This document shows, piece after piece, positions 54,256-63,375 of a DNA stretch of 64,000 nt. The position numbers were made by a program, and so were the translations under genes. The stretch covers positions 183 to 64,182 of IMG/VR virus record IMGVR_UViG_3300042522_001179. The stretch is one strand, 5' to 3'. How positions within the stretch are numbered: the first letter of the stretch is position 1; each line of letters opens with the position of its first letter. The notes under the pieces were generated by a model. That model did no database searches. It was not told the DNA's origin and saw nothing but the letters and a program-made list of their open reading frames with translations. Source of the stretch: a virus. Lineage: Duplodnaviria > Caudoviricetes.

Positions 54256-54326
54256 CAACCGGTAGTCCAGTGGCAGGACACCCCGACAAGGGAGTTAGAT
54301 AGTTGGTTCGATTCCAACGCGGTTGC
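54256..54326 (+). tRNA. tRNA-like element 1 (degenerate anticodon arm)
   Basis: Acceptor CAACCG/CGGTTG, U8A9, D arm GTCC-AGTGGCA-GGAC, T arm GTTGG-TTCGATT-CCAAC; anticodon arm only about 4 bp with a 5-nt GACAA loop. Confidence 0.7.
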
Positions 54327-54327
54327 T

Positions 54328-54402
54328 CGCCTGGTCCGAGACAATTGGATAGTACGGCTGCTGCGCTGCAGGGCGATGTAGGTTCGAATCCTACCCAGGT
54401 GC
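54328..54402 (+). tRNA. tRNA-like element 2 (degenerate D and anticodon arms)
   Basis: Acceptor CGCCTGG/CCAGGTG, T arm GTAGG-TTCGAAT-CCTAC, D-loop-like AATTGGATA, CTGC-tgcgct-GCAG hairpin. Confidence 0.65.
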
Positions 54403-54431
54403 TTTAGAGTGAGCAGACTCAAGCAAATCAA

Positions 54432-55088
54432 ATGAGTTACCTCAATCACAACCTGCCTACGTTTACGTGTTACATCCGAAACGAGTTCCTATACAACCAC
54501 AAACAAGGCCATGGCGAGGTGACGTTGTGCGATGTCCACTCAGTGGCCTCTCTGGAGAAGCGCGTCCCTTTATTTGAAGTCTTCCTGGAGAATGGTGTCA
54601 ACTGGACAAGGCGTCCAATCCACGCTCTCTGCTGGAAGCCAGGTGCCCCTAAGCCCGAATTAAATGAGTGCATGTGGTGGGATTGTTTCTCTCCGTATAT
54701 CGATGTGCAGGTTAGGTCACGCCTCTCAAATTTACGTGCGCAGCTGATCAACTTCAAAGGGGAGAAGAAAGGCGGCATCTACATGTTCACCCTTGACTGG
54801 TCATGGGAATCTAAATCAACTCTTAATACAAACTTCAGCGAAACACCTGAGCACAAGTGTGCGCATTTCTTCCGGATGGATGATGGCAACTTCTATGCAT
54901 ATCCCAATAACCGAGTCATTTGGTACGACGACGCCTGGCTTAAGAACCGTATTGAAAAAAACCCTGGCTACGAGATTGACTTGACTGAGTACAGCGTAGA
55001 GAACTCACGGATGATTGAGACGTCCAACCATTTTATATACGAGACAACAGCCACAGGTGAACAGGATTTACAGTTAGTTTTGGAATAG
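54432..55088 (+). CDS. conserved phage hypothetical protein (218 aa)
   Basis: MSYLNHNLP...EHKCAH...GNFYAYPNNRV; aromatic-rich globular ORF. Confidence 0.75.
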   Translation: MSYLNHNLPTFTCYIRNEFLYNHKQGHGEVTLCDVHSVASLEKRVPLFEVFLENGVNWTRRPIHALCWKPGAPKPELNECMWWDCFSPYIDVQVRSRLSNLRAQLINFKGEKKGGIYMFTLDWSWESKSTLNTNFSETPEHKCAHFFRMDDGNFYAYPNNRVIWYDDAWLKNRIEKNPGYEIDLTEYSVENSRMIETSNHFIYETTATGEQDLQLVLE

Positions 55089-55100
55089 TAGTACCTGGCT

Positions 55101-55352
55101 TTGGTGCCAACTTCCAAAGAAAAACTCCAGCGCAATCGGCAAAAGTTTCTTGAGTACAAGAAGACTTTAAATTGCCAGCACTGTGGGTTGAATGATCATC
55201 GTGTCCTTGAGTTCCACCACGTTGGTGATAAGGACCATAACATATCAAATATGGTTAATCACGGATACGGCTGGCGCCGCATCGAAGAGGAAATAAAGAA
55301 ATGTATTCCTCTATGCTGCAACTGCCATAGGTTAGAACACTGGGTTAATTAA
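55101..55352 (+). CDS. small HNH endonuclease
   Basis: CQHCG...LEFHH...EEIKKCIPLCCNCHRLEH. Confidence 0.85.
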   Translation: MVPTSKEKLQRNRQKFLEYKKTLNCQHCGLNDHRVLEFHHVGDKDHNISNMVNHGYGWRRIEEEIKKCIPLCCNCHRLEHWVN

Positions 55353-57421
55353 CGTCCAATAATACTGCCAGCGTTGAAACGGTTTAGTAAGTTTTGGAAA
55401 CCAGATCCAGCTTTATCCCACCAAGGGCGACCTACAGTACGAGTACCAGCCACTGATCCATAGGGTACTTGAACAGGCTTACCGTTGAGAATAGCCGTTC
55501 CCATGCGTGGTTGAATAGTTGGTGTAGGCCCTGTATAAGTTGAATTAGGACTGGCGGGCTGGTTACGAGTAATCCAATCCTTTCCTGTTTGACCTTTATA
55601 TGCACGGTTCAAGGCCTCACTGGTTTCAATAATACCAAGTCCAGCAAGAGCTCCAGCAGCAACAGGTAGTCCGCCACCAACAATAGCTGCAGGCCTGGCG
55701 TATCCAGCCGCGCGTAAACCTTGCAATGCTTTAGCGGTACCTCCACCAACAGCAGAACCAACTGCTGTGTTAACCGCAGCAGTAGTTCCTGCTTGCTGGT
55801 AATCACCACGAGCTAAAGCGTCAATTACCGCAGGGTCCATAGCGGTTCCAATAGCACCTGCAGCTAAGCCACCTAAACCTAACCCTTGAATTGGTTTTGA
55901 TTGTTCAACTAAATTTGCAACTCTTTTATCTAATAGTTTGTTTGCGGCTTGTGGCCGCAATTTATCTCTATTAATAATGAGTTTACTTACACCTTCTTGT
56001 GATTTTCCAAAAGGATCCAAAGGATCTACTGGTGTTGAATACGTGTCAAGTTCTTGAATATTACTTGCGTTATAGCGAGGATATACATATTTAAATAGTT
56101 TATCAAACTCGTCTACTTTAAAAGGTGAGTAACTTGCTTTATCAGAAGGAGGTAAAATACCTAACTGACGCAAGTCCGTTTTACTTGCAAAAGAACCAGA
56201 TGGGCTTATGCCTTGTCCTTGTGCAGGGAATCGACTTACTTTTCCTGCAATGGCTTCGGTCGGAGGCGTAGAAGGCTCTCCAACATTTGGAACAAGACGC
56301 GCAAAACGTTCAATTGCTTGAGACGTTGTTATGTTTTCCGCTTTTGCAAGTGCCTCTAAGTTTTCTTGTAGAATGTCTCCTGGTTTTTTATTTGAACTAA
56401 ACCTTTCTTTTGTAGGTGTTTCTTTCTTGCTTTGATAGACAAAAGGCAAACCACGTTCCGCAAGTAACGCTTGCAAATCGCCAGTAGTCAGTTCTCCTCT
56501 TGCGCCAATCAAGTCTTTTCTAAAATGCATATCTCCGCTACTTCTAAGACCCCAAGAAGGACCGGTGCCAGGTCCCAACTCTTCATATTGTTTAAACCGC
56601 GCCCTTGGGTCTACTGTTAAATAATCTTTTTCAGTGTCAGCCGGGTTATCTATTTTAATACTTCCTGTATATAAATACTCTGCTTCTTTAGAAGGATCTG
56701 CATTAATGCGGGACACATAGATTGAAGGATTAGTCCCGGCCAGTCTTTGCCCTTGCCCCCAGTTGCCTTCTGCATAAGTATATTGTGGCGCGCCTGTGTT
56801 TCCCCAAATATAACCAGCAGTTTGCCCTGGTATTTTTGCAGATAATGTATCTATTTTACGTCCAAGTCTAGCTGTTTCAGCGTTCCATCCTTCTGAGCTT
56901 TCAAATTGATTGATTGTTTTGCCTAGCTTATCTCCCAAGATTTCTGCATAATCTTGTGCAAAACGCGCAGAGTTTGGACCAGGTGTAACTGTGAGGGCTT
57001 GTATATCACCCTCGGGGAAGATTGTTTTGTTTGCAACAGCCTGTTGGTAAGAGCCTAGCTCTGAACTAGGTACACCTGGTTTTGAAGTTAAATACTCCGG
57101 ATAAAACTTTTCAGTTTGATATAGATTTTCGTTTTTAATGTTTTTATCAAATACGCGACTGGTTGCAATACTTTGGCTTAAGGGAATAATAGGAACAAGT
57201 GTTTTATTTGCAAGCACTCCACCACGAGAAGTATCAAACAAACCTGGGCCAGCACCGGGAAACATCCGTTGCGCTTCTTGTTGTTTAATTTTTGCCGTGT
57301 CTTCAAGCAGGTTTTGGAAAGGGAGAAAGGCTCCAGCAGGCGCAGCCAAACCAAAAGCACCTACGCCGCCAAGTGTTTGTAGTGCCTGTTTCTGTTCTTC
57401 TGTTAATTTTTTATCAGCCAT
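55349..57421 (-). CDS. hypothetical protein with Gly/Ala hydrophobic C-terminal region (690 aa)
   Basis: Long ORF, TAATG-coupled to the Dps-like gene. Confidence 0.7.
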   Translation of the reverse strand: MADKKLTEEQKQALQTLGGVGAFGLAAPAGAFLPFQNLLEDTAKIKQQEAQRMFPGAGPGLFDTSRGGVLANKTLVPIIPLSQSIATSRVFDKNIKNENLYQTEKFYPEYLTSKPGVPSSELGSYQQAVANKTIFPEGDIQALTVTPGPNSARFAQDYAEILGDKLGKTINQFESSEGWNAETARLGRKIDTLSAKIPGQTAGYIWGNTGAPQYTYAEGNWGQGQRLAGTNPSIYVSRINADPSKEAEYLYTGSIKIDNPADTEKDYLTVDPRARFKQYEELGPGTGPSWGLRSSGDMHFRKDLIGARGELTTGDLQALLAERGLPFVYQSKKETPTKERFSSNKKPGDILQENLEALAKAENITTSQAIERFARLVPNVGEPSTPPTEAIAGKVSRFPAQGQGISPSGSFASKTDLRQLGILPPSDKASYSPFKVDEFDKLFKYVYPRYNASNIQELDTYSTPVDPLDPFGKSQEGVSKLIINRDKLRPQAANKLLDKRVANLVEQSKPIQGLGLGGLAAGAIGTAMDPAVIDALARGDYQQAGTTAAVNTAVGSAVGGGTAKALQGLRAAGYARPAAIVGGGLPVAAGALAGLGIIETSEALNRAYKGQTGKDWITRNQPASPNSTYTGPTPTIQPRMGTAILNGKPVQVPYGSVAGTRTVGRPWWDKAGSGFQNLLNRFNAGSIIGR

Positions 57422-57981
57422 TAACCGTTCCGCAATGTAGCTTTAACAAACCAAGCAGCCTTAAAAGCTTGACCACACAGCTCAGCCATATAGTTTTGAA
57501 TATCAATGGCCCCTACCTTGGCGGCAATAGGCTCAAGCTTCTTGGCTTTCATGCCAAGCTCCTCAAGGTTCTTGTAGTACACACCAAGCATGTCAGTGCC
57601 CTTGTAGGAAGTTACAGTTTGGATAGGAGGAGCTGCATCTTTAAGCCCACTACCACACATAGGAAGTAAATAATCCATGCTGCGAATAAACTCAGCAAGG
57701 GTATCAAACTGTTCAAGGTGCGTTTCATATTGATCTTTCAGGAATGCGTGGACGCCAAGGAAGTTACCGCCCTCGTAGTTCAGGTGGATAAGATGTGACT
57801 GTGTCTCCAGCTCCTTGAGGTAAGCACACAGAGAGATGCATTGCTGGATGAATGCACCTACATCACCACCAGCCTTGGACTTGGCAGGAGCTTTGGGTTT
57901 GTCCTGGGGCTGAGGAACGGGTTGAACCTGAGGGGTTTCAGTCACCTGGTACTGCTGAGGGGCAGGGGTATACATAGTCAC
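57421..57981 (-). CDS. dps: Dps/ferritin-like protein
   Basis: SHLIHLNYEGGNFLGVHAFL..QY......DTLAEFIR matches Dps H..HW...G..F...H......Y......D..AER. Confidence 0.8.
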   Translation of the reverse strand: MTMYTPAPQQYQVTETPQVQPVPQPQDKPKAPAKSKAGGDVGAFIQQCISLCAYLKELETQSHLIHLNYEGGNFLGVHAFLKDQYETHLEQFDTLAEFIRSMDYLLPMCGSGLKDAAPPIQTVTSYKGTDMLGVYYKNLEELGMKAKKLEPIAAKVGAIDIQNYMAELCGQAFKAAWFVKATLRNG

Positions 57982-58016
57982 ATGGCAATAGTACTAGTTT
58001 ATCAGTTATTAACGCC

Positions 58017-59336
58017 TCATCTCGATACCTCTTCCCAATCCATAGATGCAAGTACATCAGAACCAGATTGTGCACTACTACATGCCAAAGTTAATTCTGT
58101 AGCTGTACCCGTGAGACCATTACGTTCCAGTTGGAAAGCAAACAACGCTTCTTTCAAGATGTCAACAACAGTAGATCCTTGGTTGGAACCATTGGCAAAA
58201 CCACTGGCAAGGATGCGTCCTGTACCAATCGTAAAAGATGTACCAGTGATGTTGTATTCAACGGAAGAAGAAGCTCCAGTGGTATTCCATGATCCGGCTG
58301 AGGTTGTGCCACCAACAATAACTTTCCAGTTGTAGTCTGAGTTGTTGGTAATCCCCATGATTGATAACGCAGTCAAGATAACGATTGCGTCAAGACGGGT
58401 TGATTTAAGACGGATAGAAACTACAGGATATTCAGTAGAAGCATTTGTTAAATCACGCGGAGATGCAACTGGAGTTCCAATGGCAGACTGTGCACCACGT
58501 AATTCATATCCCCCTTCAGACAAGACGGTTGAGCAAACTTGTTTTAACGTACTGCTGCTTGCCGTTGTTCCAACATTAGTAATTTCATAACGCAACGGCA
58601 AGGATGCCGTTGTTATATAGGTGGATGTAATTAAGTTGGCGTGATGGAATGAATGACAATGGATAAATGCACCATTGATTACAAACCCTGCACGCACGGT
58701 GCCAAGACCAAGCCATTCAATATCAAACCAAAGGATCTGCGCTTTGCTGATATCAAGGGTAAAACCAGACGGCCCGTTGCCATCTAGTTTATCAATGTTC
58801 CAGTTGGCTTGAGCTACTCGTGTTTCAGCAAGACTTCCACTTACAGAGCTACGCTCAACAAATGCCGGCTCTGTAGTACCACTGACTTCCAGGTACATAC
58901 CGTTGGCTGCACCGTAGTAACCAACACGCTGTCGTAAGTTCGCCTTTGCAGCATTCATTACAAAGGTTGACATGAACAACAGGGATTTCCCTGGTTGATA
59001 TGAACAAACCTTGTTGGTTTCCCTGATGATCTCAGAGCCAGATGCGGTAGTTACATTGAGATCAACAAGACCTTCGTTTGCATTGAATGCGTATGTAGCG
59101 CCAGTACCACTAGATGTAGACCACAAACCATTGTCGTTATAACGATGGCTTGAGTCGAATAAAGTCAGAGGTGCTGATACACGTGTGCGTCCAAAAGCAT
59201 CACCTGCCATACCAGCGGGTTGTACATAAGTACTTGAGCCACTTGCAGTGACAACCTCTAGGGGATGCCCACTGCAAGTCTGCACTTTTTCTACGTGATA
59301 TAGATTTTCGTTCTGGGGATCTCTGTATAACGGCAT
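58017..59336 (-). CDS. virion structural protein (beta-rich, 439 aa)
   Basis: DAFGRTRVSAPLTLFDS...YQPGKS...WLGLG, a pattern I recognise from cyanophage structural proteins. Confidence 0.7.
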   Translation of the reverse strand: MPLYRDPQNENLYHVEKVQTCSGHPLEVVTASGSSTYVQPAGMAGDAFGRTRVSAPLTLFDSSHRYNDNGLWSTSSGTGATYAFNANEGLVDLNVTTASGSEIIRETNKVCSYQPGKSLLFMSTFVMNAAKANLRQRVGYYGAANGMYLEVSGTTEPAFVERSSVSGSLAETRVAQANWNIDKLDGNGPSGFTLDISKAQILWFDIEWLGLGTVRAGFVINGAFIHCHSFHHANLITSTYITTASLPLRYEITNVGTTASSSTLKQVCSTVLSEGGYELRGAQSAIGTPVASPRDLTNASTEYPVVSIRLKSTRLDAIVILTALSIMGITNNSDYNWKVIVGGTTSAGSWNTTGASSSVEYNITGTSFTIGTGRILASGFANGSNQGSTVVDILKEALFAFQLERNGLTGTATELTLACSSAQSGSDVLASMDWEEVSR

Positions 59337-59360
59337 TGTTTTGACATATATTTTTCTATT

Positions 59361-59576
59361 TTACTTCTTGCTATTCCAGGTATCTCTAAGATGACCATAA
59401 TCCCTGGGCTCAGTTACAGGCACCTTAACATCTTTACAGACATCGCAAGTTCCTGTATGCCAAGTTGAACAGTGATTCAACGGGCCAATGTACTCCTCTG
59501 CTTGGTACCAATTACCATGCTGCATGCCACACATGTGACAAACCCAGGCTGGATACTTACTTTGTGCCATAACCAT
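59361..59576 (-). CDS. small Zn-finger protein
   Basis: WVCHMCG...TWHTGTCDVC...VTEPRDYG; AAGGA RBS. Confidence 0.65.
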   Translation of the reverse strand: MVMAQSKYPAWVCHMCGMQHGNWYQAEEYIGPLNHCSTWHTGTCDVCKDVKVPVTEPRDYGHLRDTWNSKK

Positions 59577-59928
59577 TTCCTTGCACCAAGTCAGCAAACT
59601 CTTTAGCTTGTTCATATTCTTTTTTAACTACCTCTAGGTTATAGTTTACGGCTGCAACTAAGGCTTCATACAGATCTTTACCTGGTAATTCGTTTGCAAA
59701 TTCTGCAAGAGTATCTGCAAAATAATCTTGAGCTTGCCTCTTAAGTTTTTCTGTTGTTGTGTTGTTCATTGCAGTTGCAAGTGTTGGGAATGCCTTGGCT
59801 GTGTCATGTAGATTCTCACGTGACTGTTTTGAAACTAACGGCGTGTTAATTTCTGCAACAACCCGATTCTTCTTATACCACTCTTGCCATTGCGAAATGA
59901 CATCTATAGGTTCGTGAGGGTGATCCAT
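59557..59928 (-). CDS. hypothetical protein
   Basis: ATG 59928 just after a terminator. Confidence 0.6.
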   Translation of the reverse strand: MDHPHEPIDVISQWQEWYKKNRVVAEINTPLVSKQSRENLHDTAKAFPTLATAMNNTTTEKLKRQAQDYFADTLAEFANELPGKDLYEALVAAVNYNLEVVKKEYEQAKEFADLVQGNGYGTK

Positions 59929-59935
59929 AGTTAAA

Positions 59936-59965
59936 TAAAAAACGCCCCACGAGTGTGGGACGTTC
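59936..59965 (-). terminator. Rho-independent terminator
   Basis: - strand AACGTCCCAC-actc-GTGGGGCGTT followed by a T-run. Confidence 0.8.
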
Positions 59966-59979
59966 AATCATAGTAAGAA

Positions 59980-60276
59980 TTAAGAGACTACTACTGTTTC
60001 TTTCGAAACATTTTGGGTTTCTTCTAGAAACTTTTCGATAGCTGCAATACGTTCAAAGTACAAGTCCCGGCAAGTAGGGCCAGCCTCTGTCATGCAGAAG
60101 CGTTCCCACAGTCCCGTATAGGTGTGATTGGTAGGTTGGTACACCTGATAGATGTGCTCAAGAAAGTCAGCCTTCTGCTGTTCCTTGGTAACGTCCCAAG
60201 ACTGAAGTTGTTCCTTGAGCCAAGGCGTATCAAAAGCACCAGTCGTATTTAGTTTTTTAAGAAGCTCTTCATTCAT
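59980..60276 (-). CDS. hypothetical protein
   Basis: ATG overlapping the upstream stop. Confidence 0.6.
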   Translation of the reverse strand: MNEELLKKLNTTGAFDTPWLKEQLQSWDVTKEQQKADFLEHIYQVYQPTNHTYTGLWERFCMTEAGPTCRDLYFERIAAIEKFLEETQNVSKETVVVS

Positions 60277-60466
60277 TGGAGTCAACTGCTGTGATGGAGG
60301 TAAAGACACCCTTGATGCTAGGGCTTGCTTCAAACAAAAGGTCGTCTACTTCATCTTGTAATGCAATTGCAATATCTTGCGGGGTGCGACCAGTGAAGCT
60401 GTCGTATTCAACTTCAAGGTCAACCGCAAAGGATACGGTTAGCTTAGGCACAGCAGTGAGAACCAT
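60269..60466 (-). CDS. small acidic hypothetical protein
   Basis: ATG ORF in the - strand cluster. Confidence 0.6.
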   Translation of the reverse strand: MVLTAVPKLTVSFAVDLEVEYDSFTGRTPQDIAIALQDEVDDLLFEASPSIKGVFTSITAVDSNE

Positions 60467-60491
60467 TTCTGGAATGGAGGACCCAACTACT

Positions 60492-60749
60492 TTACAGTAA
60501 TCTCTCTAAAGAGTGCACTTGATTACGTTGATAGTAACCAAGTCGTTCTTGAATAATTTGTGTGTAATTGATAGCAGCATCAACCATTTCAGTTGCATCC
60601 ATAGACGCAGCTAGGTTTTCATTTGCCAGCATGGCAGCCGTTAATACGGTAACCTGCCACTCCAGCTTGGTACCGATCAATGCAGGAATGGGTGTCCCGT
60701 CCTGAGTAAAACCTGCTAGCAATTCAACCAGCTTGTTTGCATCAGTCAT
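60492..60749 (-). CDS. hypothetical protein
   Basis: ATG ORF. Confidence 0.65.
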   Translation of the reverse strand: MTDANKLVELLAGFTQDGTPIPALIGTKLEWQVTVLTAAMLANENLAASMDATEMVDAAINYTQIIQERLGYYQRNQVHSLERLL

Positions 60750-60785
60750 GGAACACCCGTAGTAGTTATCTAATTGTATGGCAGT

Positions 60786-61079
60786 TTATTTTTCTGCCTT
60801 GACCATGTGATACCAATAGGCACGAGCTGCGTTCTGATGGAAGCGCTTACCAAACAAAAGCTTAAGACGTTTTTGCTCCAGCTCATCAACTTCCGTCACG
60901 TTGTACGGAAGAACTTCTTCGCCATCATTAAGGCCAGAAATTTCAAGAGTGTTTATTTCCAGCTGCAGATTAAAATCATCTACAGCGTGGTTGTGACAAC
61001 TCATCTTGATGTGAGCATCTTCTAGATCCGTGGGAGCTTCAATCTTTTGATAGAAGGTCTCCGGGATATTCGGATGCAT
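60786..61079 (-). CDS. hypothetical protein
   Basis: Likely start MHPNIPETFY at 61079, overlapping the upstream gene by 41 nt. Confidence 0.6.
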   Translation of the reverse strand: MHPNIPETFYQKIEAPTDLEDAHIKMSCHNHAVDDFNLQLEINTLEISGLNDGEEVLPYNVTEVDELEQKRLKLLFGKRFHQNAARAYWYHMVKAEK

Positions 61080-61740
61080 CCAATTCCACCCTTGGCTCTG
61101 AGTAGATGCGGCTGGTGCGTACCGCGTATTCTTGAGTGACTTTGACTCCGAATGGGAGTTGCTGACCGGTTTGGTACGCATTGCGGATGGCATCGAGATT
61201 TGGGAGTACTTCGTGTTTAGTTTTGGGTTCGGTCCTTTCGGCAAGGACCTCCCCTGACATTGAACGTACCACAATTTGCTTGGTTGTGGTGGTCTCTTGC
61301 TCAATGCAATAGAGCTGTCGCTCCTCAGAGTTCCAAAACTCCGGATCGGAATTGATCTCAACAGTAAGATCTTTCTTTTTGCTTAAGGCAAATTGATAGT
61401 TCCTACCCTGAATCTTATTAGACTCTTGCGGTAAAGAACGTCGCAACCAACCTAGCAAACCCTTGAGGGACCGCAGCTGGGATTCGTGGTGACGCTTGGC
61501 TTGTGCAATGAGGTCCCCTTCCTTCTTGATGCGCTCAAGAGCATCCTCATGGGCCGCCATAGCGTAATAGATACGGTCGACCTTCTCTGAACGGAGAGAG
61601 GCACAGGCCTCCAGCTCAGCTTGCGCCAGCTCTTGGGACTCAGGAGTGAGGAGAGGAAGACTGCGTTCCAGGGCACCATAGTGCTCGTAGAGTTTGAGGA
61701 TGTTGAGATCCTTAAGCTTAACCTGTGTGATTTGAGTCAT
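61039..61740 (-). CDS. siphovirus Gp157-like coiled-coil protein
   Basis: EKVDRIYYAM...IKKE...AKRHHESQLRSLKGLL and DAIRNAYQTGQQLPFGV. Confidence 0.65.
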   Translation of the reverse strand: MTQITQVKLKDLNILKLYEHYGALERSLPLLTPESQELAQAELEACASLRSEKVDRIYYAMAAHEDALERIKKEGDLIAQAKRHHESQLRSLKGLLGWLRRSLPQESNKIQGRNYQFALSKKKDLTVEINSDPEFWNSEERQLYCIEQETTTTKQIVVRSMSGEVLAERTEPKTKHEVLPNLDAIRNAYQTGQQLPFGVKVTQEYAVRTSRIYSEPRVELDASEYPGDLLSKD

Positions 61741-61743
61741 GAC

Positions 61744-61863
61744 CTAGATGTTTTGGAATTTGGATTGAAGCTTGTTTAATGCAAAGGCTAACAAAGCCGC
61801 GGCTGCTGTCCAAAGAATATCTTTTAGTACTGGAAGTACAGCAGATGCAAATGCTTCAAACAT
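61744..61863 (-). CDS. 39-aa hydrophobic peptide (below ORF-track cutoff)
   Basis: MFEAFASAVLPVLKDILWTAAAALLAFALNKLQSKFQNI. Confidence 0.55.
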   Translation of the reverse strand: MFEAFASAVLPVLKDILWTAAAALLAFALNKLQSKFQNI

Positions 61864-61883
61864 GAGTTGAGTGTGTAGGTAGT

Positions 61884-61910
61884 AGTCAGTTTTACGTCAT
61901 GACCAGGACG
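61884..61910 (-). promoter_or_regulatory. compact H-type pseudoknot in a 5' leader
   Basis: - strand CGTC-ct-GGTCA-t-GACG-taaaac-TGACT. Confidence 0.5.
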
Positions 61911-61915
61911 TTGGA

Positions 61916-62257
61916 TCAAACTTCCTTGATCAACAGTTCTTTAATAAGTTTTATTTCATCCATTAAGTCTTGGCGACTATACATTGTGATTGGATCATAC
62001 GAACGTTCTTCAACTTTTTCAGGGGCTTCAGTCTTCTGGATGACACGAGCATCATCACTGGCATTGTACGTAACAGACTCGTACATCTTCCAGATGATGT
62101 CGTGAGGCCACCCATCAAGGTTTACATTTTGTTCCAGGGATACTCGAATAAGAGCATGCATTGTCCTGAAAAGAAACCTGGCTTTATCTTCAAAGATCTC
62201 AACGTAGCGATTTTCGTCAAGGCCGTAAGTGTCAATCGACATAGCAGTCAAGAGCAT
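61916..62257 (-). CDS. hypothetical protein
   Basis: ATG ORF. Confidence 0.6.
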   Translation of the reverse strand: MLLTAMSIDTYGLDENRYVEIFEDKARFLFRTMHALIRVSLEQNVNLDGWPHDIIWKMYESVTYNASDDARVIQKTEAPEKVEERSYDPITMYSRQDLMDEIKLIKELLIKEV

Positions 62258-62423
62258 TGGTTAGTGATTCGATGATAAAGGATTTTTGTCCTTCTTCACC
62301 AAGGTTTGTCCAGTATTCAAGATCTGGATCTGCATCATCCCACTCAATGCGGATGATGCAACCACCATCTTCTTGGTTAATTACCTCCACTTGTAACTTC
62401 TCAACCCAACTGAGAAAGCTCAT
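62232..62423 (-). CDS. small hypothetical protein
   Basis: ATGA-coupled ORF. Confidence 0.6.
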   Translation of the reverse strand: MSFLSWVEKLQVEVINQEDGGCIIRIEWDDADPDLEYWTNLGEEGQKSFIIESLTNALDCYVD

Positions 62424-63361
62424 TTCTTTTTGACAGCAGACTGCAGTTGTGGCAATGCAGTACCAGGGAATGGTACATAGCCTGCCTCCATCATATTGAA
62501 AAACAAATCCCAGGCATGCCCTTGGTTAAACACTTCCTTTGGTTTGTACGTACGCCAATGAGTCAGCGGAGCCTGAGCACCAGACTTGGTGTGCAGCAAT
62601 ACAAACTTGCCTTCACTGATATGGTCCTGGGGCGGGGCATACCACCATGCCACACACTTGTCAGGCGTACCACTGGGCAATGCATTACGCACTTCAGTAC
62701 GCTTGCACAGCAGCTCACGGTATTTATGGAACCAAGTCAGGTGGATGCACCAGGGTTTGAATCCTTCAATCTCTTGTTGGAATAACGAAACATTAAGAAG
62801 TTGACGCTGAAAGGACCCACATGAGCAGTAAGGTTCAGGAGTGCTGGCCTGAACACCGGAGGCGTTTTCCTCCAACTCAGACTCCAAGTCAATTGGCCGA
62901 GTCGGACTCCGAAGCCCATCCGGCGCAACCAGATGTCCCAGATCCGTCTGGTCATTCTGGAGGAGGGCAACGACTTTGCTGGGGTCTGACAGATGAATGA
63001 ACTTGTCTGCCCAGTGTTGTTGGAGCTTGGCATTGGAAGTCAGGTGTCCGAGTGCGTGTGAATAGTTCCAGCCCTTAAACATAACGTAAGCATTGTTATG
63101 CCATACACTAGGGCCACGGTAATTAGGACCAAGGTAAGAAAAGAAGTCTTTGAGTCGGTGAGTATACTGCTGGAACGCTGTCTTGATCAACGTCCGTTCG
63201 TAAGCCTGCTCACTACCATCACAACGCACCACAACACAATTGTCATCTCGCAGATAAATGCCAGAGATTTCGGTGTCATCAAAGTCTGCATACGCACGAC
63301 GAATGTTGGACCGTGAATAGATGAGGGCTTGGGCTGAGTTGAGTTCGGTTTGGAGTTGCAT
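62420..63361 (-). CDS. SWIM Zn-finger domain protein
   Basis: YCSCGSF...PWCIHL. Confidence 0.7.
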   Translation of the reverse strand: MQLQTELNSAQALIYSRSNIRRAYADFDDTEISGIYLRDDNCVVVRCDGSEQAYERTLIKTAFQQYTHRLKDFFSYLGPNYRGPSVWHNNAYVMFKGWNYSHALGHLTSNAKLQQHWADKFIHLSDPSKVVALLQNDQTDLGHLVAPDGLRSPTRPIDLESELEENASGVQASTPEPYCSCGSFQRQLLNVSLFQQEIEGFKPWCIHLTWFHKYRELLCKRTEVRNALPSGTPDKCVAWWYAPPQDHISEGKFVLLHTKSGAQAPLTHWRTYKPKEVFNQGHAWDLFFNMMEAGYVPFPGTALPQLQSAVKKK

Positions 63362-63375
63362 GAGTCTGAGTTGAG

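Noticed and set aside
54093-54302. 69-aa ORF within the ncRNA locus
   Set aside because: TTG start without RBS, atypical composition, and it runs through dense RNA structure and a tRNA-like fold
54009-54402. tmRNA (one- or two-piece), or a HEARO/omega-RNA with IscB
   Set aside because: No Ala acceptor identity (GGGG...CCACCA, G3-U70) or convincing tag frame ending in AA; the nearby HNH is only 83 aa with no RuvC motifs. Not formally excluded without cmscan
60786-61361. Apparent 323-nt overlap between ORFs 60786..61361 and 61039..61740
   Set aside because: A plausible ATG at 61079 reduces the overlap to 41 nt; the upstream extension looks non-coding
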